In this document: positions 53,083 through 64,000 of the stretch, piece after piece
How the letters are laid out: every line of letters begins with the position of its first letter
How positions within the stretch are numbered: position 1 is the first letter of the stretch
Source of the DNA: Eledone cirrhosa
Lineage: Eukaryota
Length of the DNA: 64,000 nt
Direction of reading: 5' to 3'
Assembly: GCA_964016885.1 (NCBI GenBank)
Contig: OZ024762.1
Coordinates: forward strand, 12,338,001-12,402,000
Program-made: the position numbers and the translations under genes
The notes under the pieces: model-generated
What the model saw: only the letters and a program-made list of their open reading frames with translations
What the model was told of the DNA's origin: nothing
Databases searched by the model: none

Positions 53083-53611
53083 AAATGAGAAATAAAAATA
53101 TGTCAACTGAACTTTTAAGCTGACATTTCTATACAAAATAAAACATCAAAGTCCAGACTAAAAACCATTTGTTGATTAATCTTTCTAATTACTAAATAAT
53201 TAATCTAGTTTATTGTTTTATTTATTTGTTTATTAATATTTCTAATTACTAAATAATTATGTTTATTATTGTTTTATTTATTTTCTAAAGTCTCCCACAA
53301 AGAGTCCTCGCAGTTTCCACTGTTTCGAATATAAGGGGTCAGAAAATAATTTAAGGGACAAAACTAGTTCCTATCTATTGCTATCAGTCACATCCCTAAT
53401 TTAAGGGACAAGACTCTAGCCCCTACCTAACAGCTAGTTCCAGACTGGAACTAGCTGTTGAAATGGCAAGAGCTCAGTTGTTGGGGCCCAACTCTTTATA
53501 ATATAACCATACTCTACAACCCCAAGTATTGAGTACTCTGTTGAGTAATGGTTTAACTAGTTTCAAACTGAATTCATACTGATTTATATATATATATATA
53601 TATATATACAT

Positions 53612-53689
53612 ACAGTGTGTCCCAAAAATTTATACACACTTTGATTAGAATGCTGTTGAAGTATGTATACATTTTTGGGGGACATCCTG
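53612..53689. mobile_element. ~80-bp Tc1/mariner MITE
   Basis: TA-cagtgtgtccc...gggacatcctg-TA; relatives at 61458-61556 and 61888-61964. Confidence 0.75.
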
Positions 53690-54007
53690 TATATGTGTGT
53701 ATATATATATATATCACACTGTAAATGTGGTTGGCATTAGGAAAGGCATCCAGCTGTAAAAACCAAGCCCAAATCAGCCCTGTGTGAGTGAAACCTGGTC
53801 CTCCCACAAAGATACCCTACCCATGCAAGTGTGAAATATATGTAAAACAATCTGTTTCAACCTGGATGATTTAACTTAAGATTTCCTTCATGTAACAAGT
53901 GTTTTGAGGGAGTCATTCTATCGTCTTAAGTATAGCATGTAAAATGGTGACAATGTGTGTAGGTGTATATATCTATGTGTGTATATATATGTATGTATAT
54001 ATATATT

Positions 54008-54191
54008 TGTGTAATTTTATTCATGGTAAATGTGCATTCATAAGCACTCCTGCATATACACTTAGCCAAATATAAATGTGTGTGCATATGTATGTATGTG
54101 TGTATATATACACACACACATTTATATTTGGCTAAGCGTATATGCAGGAGTGCTTATGAATGCACATTTATGCCATGAATAAAATTACACA
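54008..54191. repeat. Near-perfect foldback, ~77-bp arms
   Basis: tgtgtaattttattcatgg...gccaaatataaatgtgtgtg / cacacacatttatatttggc...ccatgaataaaattacaca. Confidence 0.9.
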
Positions 54192-54321
54192 CACACACAC
54201 ACATACATACATACAAACACACACGCCCATATCCATTAACATGTTCCTTCCTCTTAACTTTGGTAACTAAACAAGATTTCCTGGCAGACATTTTCAACTT
54301 CCTGTTTGGCAGTCACACCAA

Positions 54322-54334
54322 CGCCACCTGGTGG
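54322..54334 (-). promoter_or_regulatory. Consensus CTCF-binding motif CCACCAGGTGGCG
   Basis: Exact match to the bilaterian CTCF core in non-repetitive sequence; motif only. Confidence 0.45.
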
Positions 54335-54699
54335 TGGAGTGAAGAGATACAATTGCTTTGTTGGTGAAACAGCTTTTTGTCTTTTGAGATTTTGCAAATA
54401 GCCAATATCTCTCCCCCTCCACTTCTCTCTTCTTATCCCTCTCTTTTTCTTTATCTATCTATCTCTTTCTCTTCTCTCTTTCCTTATCTCTCTCTCACCT
54501 TGCAACACCAAACATCATACATTACGTTACATTGCTGGGATGTTTGTCTTTTACTCAGCTGCCTCTCTTAACCAAGATTCTGTGAGAAGGGTTGTACAGC
54601 GCAAACCATTTCATTACAGACATCAAGTGTGAAATGGGGCATTAAGGATGGTGGTGAGACTTGAGAGGTGATGGTGGAATGGTAAGGATGGTTAGAGAC

Positions 54700-54990
54700 A
54701 GCAATGGAAGTGAGAATGGTTTGGTGGTCGAAAGGAATGTCACTGAGAGGTAGGAAGACAAACAATAAATTGCAGAAGATGGTGGAAATAGAGCCAGTGG
54801 TGGATGTTGTGAAGAGAAATAGAGTGAGAAGGCTGGGTCATGTGTTGAGGAGGGGTGAGAGGAGTGATAGAAATGAATGTGGAAAGAAGTGAGGGGAAGA
54901 GGAAGACCAAGAAAGACATAGCTAAAAATGATGGAGGAGGAAATAAAGCCAGTTGAGATGAATATAGAGGATAGGCCAAATATGGAAGCC
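54700..54990 (+). mobile_element. Degenerate RTE LINE 3' fragment
   Basis: VKRNRVRRLGHVLRR ... GRGRPRKT. Confidence 0.7.
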
Positions 54991-55037
54991 TCCCTACCTG
55001 GTTACACGTTAGAAATAGCCAAATCACTGTCGATGTC

Positions 55038-56080
55038 TTAACCCTTTAGCATTTAAACCGACTGTATCCAGTCAAAATTCTCTCACCTCTTTCTGTTCAA
55101 ACCAACCATAACTGGGTGCTCATGCTTATGTTAAGGTATTATTCTCAAAATAAATAATTGTTTCTACGTTAGGCACAAGGCCAGCAATTACCCAGTGCAT
55201 TACTGGTACTTTATTTTATCGACCCCATAAGGATGAAAGGCAAAGTTAACCTCGGCGGGATTTGAACTCAGAATGGCAAGGGCCGTAACTCTATACGTCA
55301 AAGCATGGCGTCCGACCCTCTACCAATACTGCCAATCAAAATAAATAATATCAAAATCTCATAGATTCGATTATTATGTGAGGTAAAGCCTTTACTGTGA
55401 AAATACAATAGTATATATAGAGTAATGTAAATGTTATGTGAGATATTATGTGAGGTAAAGCCTTTACTGTGAAAATACAATAGTATATATAGAGTAATGT
55501 AAATGTTATGTGAGATATTATGTGAGGTAAAGCCTTTACTGTGAAAATACAATAGTATATATAGAGTAATGTAAATGTTATGTGAGATATTATGTGAGGT
55601 AAAGCCTTTACTGTGAAAATACAATAGTAAATGTAGAGTAATGTAAATTTTATGTGAGATATTATGTGAGGTAAAGCCTTTACTGTGAAAATACAATAGT
55701 ATATATAGAGTAATGTAGATATTATGTGAGGTAAAGCCTTTACTGTGAAAATACAATAGTAAATGTAGAGTAATGTAAATGTTATGTGAGATATTATGTG
55801 AGGTAAAGCCTTTACTGTGAAAATACAATAGTATATATAGAGTAATGTAAATGTTATGTGAGATATTATGTGAGGTAAAGCCTTTACTGTGAAAATACAA
55901 TAGTATATATAGAGTAATGTAAATGTTATGTGAGATATTATGTGAGGTAAAGCCTTTACTGTGAAAATACAATAGTATATATAGAGTAATGTAAATGTTA
56001 TGGGAGATATTATGTGAGGTAAAGCCTTTACTGTGAAAATACAATAGTATATATAGAGTAATGTAAATGGTAAAGGGCTA
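55038..56080 (+). mobile_element. piggyBac-like MITE carrying a SINE insertion and a 72-bp tandem array
   Basis: TTAAccctttagcatttaaaccg start; array 55373-56068 (~10 copies); ends gtaaagggctaa. Confidence 0.8.
55159..55335 (-). mobile_element. SINE family A with 14-bp target-site duplication
   Basis: TSD tcaaaataaataat at 55145-55158 and 55336-55349. Confidence 0.88.
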
Positions 56081-56518
56081 AATTAGAAATAATTATTACT
56101 ATTATTAACAGTAATAGTGATTATTCGAGACACGGGTATGCAAGATGTCGGCCCCCTAACCCACAGGTATTGGGACAATAGAGTAATGTAAATGCTAAAG
56201 TGTTAAAAAAAATTTAAAGAGAGAAAGGACACATTGGATAATTTTAGTCCTACGTTTGAAATGAAAAAAATCAGATGATCAGAGCTGCAATATTTTTGTA
56301 CCATATGCCAGTCCACTCAGCCTGACCTAGGGTTAAACAACAAGCAGTAGTTGAAATAATTTGTATGTAATTAAGTGTTTCTCATACCTACAATTTCCTG
56401 TTGTTACAATTGTTATTTTTTTATCTTTTATTTTATTTGTCTTCTACCAATAATAGCCACACGGTCATTATGTAGTCATTCAGCATGCTAGAAATAGTAG
56501 CTAAATCTCACTCTATAC

Positions 56519-57580
56519 CCAGGCATGGGCAACCTTTTTCAATCAGTGAGCCACATATGATGTGGTTCATCATAAGGTGGACCACATATGATGTGGTTCA
56601 TCATAAGGTGGACCACATAGGATGTGACACATCATAAGGTGGACCACATAGGATGTGGCTCATCATAAGGTGGACCACATCCACTGTGACTCATCATAAG
56701 GTGGACCACATACACTGTGACTCATCATAAGGTGGACCACATACACTGTGACTCATCATAAGGTGGACCACATACACTGTGACTCATCATAAGGTGGACC
56801 ACATCCACTGTGACTCATCATAAGGTGGACCACATCCACTGTGACTCATCATAAGGTGGACCACATACACTGTGACTCATCATAAGGTGGACCACATACA
56901 CTGTGACTCATCATAAGGTGGACCACATACACTGTGACTCATCATAAGGTGGACCACATACACTGTGACTCATCATAAGGTGGACCACATACACTGTGAC
57001 TCATCATAAGGTGGACCACATACACTGTGACTCATCATAAGGTGGACCACATACACTGTGACTCATCATAAGGTGGACCACATACACTGTGACTCATCAT
57101 AAGGTGGACCACATCCACTGTGACTCATCATAAGGTGGACCACATACACTGTGACTCATCATAAGGTGGACCACATACACTGTGACTCATCATAAGGTGG
57201 ACCACATACACTGTGACTCATCATAAGGTGGACCACATACACTGTGACTCATCATAAGGTGGACCACATACACTGTGACTCATCACTAGGTGGACCACAT
57301 ACACTGTGACTCATCATAAGGTGGACCACATACACTGTGACTCATCATAAGGTGGACCACATACACTGTGACTCATCATAAGGTGGACCACATACACTGT
57401 GACTCATCATAAGGTGGACCACATACACTGTGACTCATCATAAGGTGGACCACATACACTGTGACTCATCATAAGGTGGACCACACTACTAAAAAAATTC
57501 AAAAGTTTTGAAATTAGGGACCATTTAGAAATCCAAATGGCCCACATGCAGCTCATGGGCCGCAGTTGGCCCATGACGGG
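56519..57580. mobile_element. hAT-like MITE containing a 31-bp tandem array (~30 copies)
   Basis: Ends caggcatgggcaac / gttggcccatgacgg; unit gtgactcatcataaggtggaccacatacact. Confidence 0.75.
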
Positions 57581-57649
57581 TTTATATAAATGGGATTTAG
57601 ATGAGTGTTTCAATAGGTGACTTAATAACAGTGAAACCTTATGAAAATC

Positions 57650-58470
57650 TAAATGTGGCCCTTCTGAAGGACTGAATGTGGCTCTTCTGAACAACTAAGT
57701 GTGGCCTTATTTCTGAAAGGACTGTGACCCTTCAACTGTGTGATCTGAAAGACTAACTGTGGACCTTCTGAAGGACTGTAGACATTCTGATGGACTATAG
57801 CCCTTCTGGGAGACTGTGGGGGTCTGAAAGACTAATTGTGGACCTTCTGAAGGACTGTAGACATTCTGATGGACTATAGCCCTTCTGGAAGACTGTGGGG
57901 GTCTGAAAGATTAACTGTGGACCTTCTGAAGGACTATAGCCCTTCTGAAAGACTGTGGGGGTCTGAAAGACTAACTGTGGACCTTCTGAAGGACTGTAGA
58001 CATTCTGATGGACTATAGCCCTTCTGGAAGACTGTGGGGGTCTGAAAGATTAACTGTGGACCTTCTGAAGGACTGTAGACATTCTGATGGACTATAGCCC
58101 TTCTGAAAGACTGTGGGGGTCTGAAAGACTAACTGTGGACCTTCTGAAGGACTGTAGACATTCTGATGGACTATAGCCCTTCTGGAAGACTGTGGGGGTC
58201 TGAAAGATTAACTGTGGACCTTCTGAAGGACTGTAGACATTCTGATGGACTATAGCCCTTCTGGAAGACTGTGGGGTCTGAAAGACTAACTGTGGACCTT
58301 CTGAAGGACTGTAGACATTCTGATGGACTATAGCCCTTCTGGAATACTGTGGGGGTCTGAAAGATTAACTGTGGACCTTCTGAAGGACTGTAGACATTCT
58401 GATGGACTATAACCCTTCTGGAAGACTGTGGGGGTCTGAAAGATTAACTGTGGACCTTCTGAAGGACTGA
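57650..58470. repeat. ~79-bp higher-order minisatellite built from ~20-bp subunits
   Basis: Subunits of type ctgtggaccttctgaagga. Confidence 0.88.
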
Positions 58471-59114
58471 GTGTGAGCTGATGGAAGAATTACATGTTTA
58501 AATAATTATATTTTGTAAAATAACTGAGGTTTTGTGAAACAATACTTCCCAATATGACCTCATAGGACATCAGTTAATTTCTGTACAGCCTCCCAGTATA
58601 AAAATCTTCCCCATCCAATCATATAGTCTAATTCTAACACCCTGAATAATTACTGGTACACATTTTAAACGTTTCTACGACAGATCGAAAGTAATGAAAT
58701 CATAAAAGAATTTATAAAGGAACCTAATAACCCCCTCCACTACCACCCCAGGACTAATATCGATCTGTTGTTGTTAATAAGGAGGAATGGTCACATGATT
58801 AGCTAGAAAGAACAGTTTAAATAACCATGGGAAGTGTTATAAAGAGAAAGTGACGTGTAGCTGTGTATGGGTTAGCAAACTGAAAAGGTAGTGTAAAAGG
58901 TGGAACTGTTTTGGTGAAAAACGAAACGTTTCATAAACACACACACGTGTTTGTGTGTTGAACAGTGTGTGTGTGTGTTAAACTGTGTGAGAGTGTGTGT
59001 GTGTGTGTGTGTTGAACAAAATAGAACAAAAGTCAGAGATAGGTAGTCAATTGGTTCATTGTTTTACGCTCGTTTCAGAGGGTTGATTGATCATGGTGGA
59101 TCGATATATATGTG

Positions 59115-60127
59115 AGGCTGGCCTAGGACTAAAATAACGAACAAACCAACCAACAATCTTGTCAGTTTCACCAACACACTCGACAAGGTCAGTGGATATG
59201 CTAGACATAGCAGCCAGCTATCATCTTCCTCAAAACTCTCTCTACCTCCCCCAACTCCACGACACACGAGATGTTCTTCTTCCAAGATATTCTTTACAAG
59301 ACGGGATGGTCATGGATGGAATATCTTGGACCATACATTTATTTTATCAGGCATGATGTACAGTTGCAAGTCTTACGTGGGGCGAAATTAAACTATAAGA
59401 ACAACAACAAAGCCTGTGATAAAAGGTGAGCTACCAATATATAGAGTTGTGTATCTAGCCCAGATGTTTGGATAACCACTTCACTTGGTACATGCTGGCC
59501 TTTAGATATATTAGAGAGATGTAAACATCACATAGGCTCAGCATACGTCTTCTCTCATCTCCACACAACATACAAATACACGCACACATACAAATACATG
59601 CATACATACATATACACACACGTAGCATATACATATACACACACGTAGCATATACACACGTAGTATATCCATACGTACATGTACACAAAATATATATATA
59701 TATATCCACACCTACATACATGTACACAATATATATATATCCACACATACATGTACACATATATACACACACACACACATTCATACACGTACACATATAT
59801 ACACACACACATACATGTACACACACACACGTTCACTCCTCACCATCGCCATCAATAAACCTATAGGAAATGTTTTAACTGTACATCATGCCTGATAAAA
59901 TAAATCTATGGTCCAAGATATTCCATCCATGACCATCCTGTCTTGTGAAGAATATCTTGGAAGAAGAACATCTCGTGTGTCGTGGAGTTGGGGGAGGTAG
60001 AGAGAGTTTTGAGGAAGATGATAGCTGGCTGCTATGTCTAGCATATCCACTGACCTTGTCGAGTGTGTTGGTGAAACTGACAAAATTGTTGGTTGGTCTG
60101 TTCGTTATTTTAGCCCTAGGCCAGCCT
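59115..60127. repeat. Inverted duplication, ~250-bp arms, ~510-bp spacer
   Basis: 59115-59365 versus 59877-60127, about 6 mismatches by eye. Confidence 0.92.
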
Positions 60128-60805
60128 TAAACGAGCAGAGCTTTGAGCAAAAGCAGTTTAGGATTTAGGACGAGGTCCTGTGCTAGTTAAGTTATGAGGC
60201 CTTTACTTGGGTCCTGAAACGATGAAAAATTCATCGTAAACATTTTGGGGTGCAGGAAGATGGACCCTACCCCGCTGGCCAACGGGGTCCTGTGCTTAAG
60301 TACACCTAAGCACAATGGTCAATCCGGCACTGATCAAAAGCCTTCCAACCATGACCATCTTGTCTGTATTTTCAGACTGTCTCACATTACACATCCTAAT
60401 CATATTTGCTTCCTTTCGTTTCTGGAGGTATTTTTAAAGGTTCTAACGTACTTTGAGGGAATTTTAGCTGTTATTTCTAGCAGTTTGAGCAATCCTGTAG
60501 AACCTCCTTCAAGCTGTAAATGTTTAGCCCCAGGCAAGCATTGGTTGAGTAGACCTAAGACAGAAGCAATGTCAACCGTGACCATCCCGTTTTTTTAGGG
60601 TTCTTACTGACTACATTAACTAATCGTTTCGATATCTGTATGAGATGATTTGAGGGAGATTTGGTTGCTATTTCTAGCAGGTCAAACAATTAACTCGGAT
60701 GTTTCATTGAAAGCCGATCAATGGAAGTTGGTAATATAGACAGGACGGTGTATGGCTGTCTAATGGGATAGACAGAGAGAGAGAGAGTGACAGACAGAGA
60801 GGGGG

Positions 60806-60910
<105 letters not shown>

Positions 60911-60915
60911 GTGAG

Positions 60916-60955
<40 letters not shown>

Positions 60956-61254
60956 AGAGAGAGAGAGAGGGGGGATAGATAGATAGATAAATAGGTAGAT
61001 GGATAGACAGACAAATAGCTAGACGGATCTGCGAGTGTTAAGACTCGTGTTCCCCGACAAAGAAACATTAGTTGACATTATATGAAAGCGGCTGCAAATT
61101 CTACAAATTAACTCTGACACCATTTAAAGTGTGGTAAATGGTAGAAGAATTATAAACTGCTACTGTGGACATTTGTTTGTCTTCACACATATAGACATTA
61201 GGTTTAGTTGATGACAACCACGAACAAACGGAGAGACAGACACTTATATTATTG

Positions 61255-61438
61255 GATTGGCAGTATCGGTAGAGGGTCGGACGCCATGCTTTCCAGCATA
61301 GTTAAGTCCCTTTACGGTCTGAGTTCAAATCCCGCCGAGGTTAACTTTGCCTTTCATCCTTACGGGGTCGATAAAATAAAGTACCAGTAATGTACTGGAT
61401 AATTGATGGCCTTGTGCCAAAAGTAGAAACAATTATAT
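61255..61438 (+). mobile_element. SINE family A
   Basis: gattggcagtatcggtagag...gagttcaaatccc...gtaccag...aaacaattat. Confidence 0.85.
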
Positions 61439-61715
61439 TATATATATATATATTATATGGTGTACCCCAAAAATGTATACACACTTTAACAACATTCTAA
61501 TAAATATAGCTTGTCCAGGTAATCAAAGTGTGTATACATTTTTTGGGTCACCCCGTGTATATATATATATATATATATATAACATACGGTTCGATTTTTA
61601 CCATTTGAATATATTGAAAATATACGTAAATACGTTTCCACACACACATATATATAAATACACACATACACACAGCACCAGCTCTATTCTTTCAGTCTGT
61701 TATATTATATTATAT

Positions 61716-61757
<42 letters not shown>

Positions 61758-61973
61758 GTATGTATGTGTATGTATGCTGTAGAGAAATTCACACACAAAC
61801 ACGATATACAACATGCATTAAACATTTAAATTTACAATAACCACAAATGTACACGCACGCAGACATCACACAATATACATGTATATGCAGGGTGTCCCGC
61901 AAAAAATATATGCACACTCTGATTAGAATGCTGTTGAAGTGTATACATTTATGGAGGACACCCTGTGTGTGTG

Positions 61974-62528
61974 TAGGGTGGGCCAGAATTCATGACTCAC
62001 TTTCCTATCATGGAGCAAGCGTCTTAAAGAAGTCCTCGAAATGTTCAAAACACCTGATAAACGTCTTGACGATTTGGACTTTTGTGGAGAATTGTCTAAC
62101 TCAGTTCTCAAACGGTCTTCATTTTCATTTGTTCGAACAGATCTTGGTCGTCCTGGTCTTTTAGGGTCCATAACACTACCTGTTTCATCAAATAACTTAT
62201 TAATCCTAGCAACAGTCTTTCTGGTGGGTGCCGGTGGGCCATAAGTTGCTTCCATTACTCTGCACACTTCAGTGATGTTGTCTGTTTTAGCAAATAATCT
62301 CACACATTGAACACGTTTTTCCAAGCTTAGCGAAGGATGTGCCATCGTTAATCAAATTTAGAATAAATAAATAAAAAAACCTGTGAGGCATATTAAGAAA
62401 CAAAAATATAAATTAAGAAACATGCTAAGCATATTAAGAAATAAAATAATAAATTAAAACAATAACAATATAATAAGCACGTTAAGAAATATAACTAACA
62501 AGCGAGTCATGAATTCTGGCCCACCCTG
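61974..62528 (-). mobile_element. Internally deleted Tc1/mariner transposon retaining the N-terminal HTH (DUF4817-like) transposase segment
   Basis: ~29-bp TIRs (c/t)agggtgggccagaattcatgactc(a/g)ctt, TA on the right. ORF from 62345: MAHPSLSLEKRVQCV...PAPTRKTVARINKLFDETGSVMDPKRPGRPRSVRT..SPQKS; no DDE domain. Confidence 0.88.
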
Positions 62529-64000
62529 TATGCGCATTCGACATATTCCCAGGTACTGCAGACTACAACAAATGCGTGCAAGAACAGTTTAAGATAACCA
62601 ATATTACTTGTAAACATATACACACCAGATTTGCATATATAATACATACACATCCTAATATATATATGAGTGTGTAGTGTGTGTATGTATATATATATTG
62701 GTTTTCTGCTACAATATTTTCTATACCTTTCATTTATATATATATATATATATATATAGCCATCGCATGCATAGAAACAGCTTTAATGTATATTAACAAT
62801 TAATGGATACGAGCTAATTGCATAGTATCTAAAAATCGTGCACTTTGAGAGAGAGAGAGAGAGTGGTTTATGTATATATATAAATATATATATATATGCA
62901 TGTCATGTATGCATATATTTATACATATATGTTTAATATATATATATATATCATCATCGTTTAACGTCCACTTTCAAAGCTAGCATGGGATATATATATG
63001 TGTATATATATGTATGTATATACATATATATATATATGTATATACATATATATACATGCGTGTGTATGTATATATATATATGTGTGTGTGTATGAATATG
63101 TGTATGGTTTCATGATAATAATTAAAAAGTACATAGAAGAGAGAGAAAGAGACAAACCAAGATAAACAGAAATAAAGAGGAAATAGAAAGAAAGAGGGCG
63201 AATACAATTAGAAAATTACTGTTAGATTAAAAGCCCCTCCCGCGAACACACAGATATATATATATATATGTACATTATATATGTATAATACATATATATA
63301 TATACTCATATACGTATTTATATATATATATATCTGTATATATATTTATGTATACCTAAATATATGTATATATATTTATGTATACATATATTTAGGTATG
63401 TACACATATATAAATTTATGTATGAATATACACATATATATATATATTTATGTATACATATACGTCTGTATATATATATGTGTGTGTGCGTATATATTTA
63501 AGTTCCGTTTATGATTTGGAATTATCAGATCTAATTGCTATTTTCTTTCTTTTATACATATGTGTGTATATATATATATATATGTATAGGTTTTAATATA
63601 GATGAGATTCTACAGGACTAGAACTGTTTCATTCATTAGAAATCATCAGGAATATAACCATATATATGTATATACACTATATATATATATATATATATAC
63701 ACTATATGTATATATATATACATATACACTATATGTATATATATACATATACATATACACTATATGTATGTATATATATACATATACACATATACACTAT
63801 ATGTATATATATATATACATATACACTATATGTATATATATATACACATATACACTATATGTATATATATATATACACATATACACTATATGTATATATA
63901 TATACACATATACACTATATGTATATATACATACATATACACTATATGTGTATATATATATATACACTATATGTATATATATAACGAAATAGTCCAGAAA

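Noticed and set aside
52673-53136. Repetitive 140-151-aa ORFs on both strands
   Set aside because: Product of a 48/45-bp minisatellite whose period is a multiple of 3.
59159-60083. Pair of near-identical 65-aa ORFs on opposite strands
   Set aside because: A by-product of the inverted duplication of repeat-derived sequence; non-ATG start and no domain.

Overview
Repeat-rich, AT/microsatellite-rich animal genomic DNA. The SINE/LINE/MITE content suggests a cephalopod, probably an octopus (inference). Two spliced protein genes can be reconstructed on the minus strand. One is a complete 7-exon mu-class glutathione S-transferase (11196-22060, 217 aa). The other is a CARHSP1/CSDC2-type cold-shock-domain protein with 3 coding exons (42780-45094, 159 aa). 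The rest is RTE and CR1/L2 LINE fragments, tRNA-type SINEs, Tc1/mariner, piggyBac-like and hAT-like MITEs, several near-perfect foldbacks, and many minisatellites, most of which grew from inside transposons (the largest is about 137 x 65 bp from an RTE LINE). The most notable unannotated signal is a set of minimal type-I hammerhead-ribozyme-like motifs of the Penelope/retrozyme kind. Three lie in tandem in GST intron 2 (antisense to GST). A homologous copy with a differently paired stem II lies inside a 668-bp inverted-repeat element at 37.2-37.9 kb, and there are degenerate relatives elsewhere. Almost all long ORFs in the supplied track are microsatellite artefacts.
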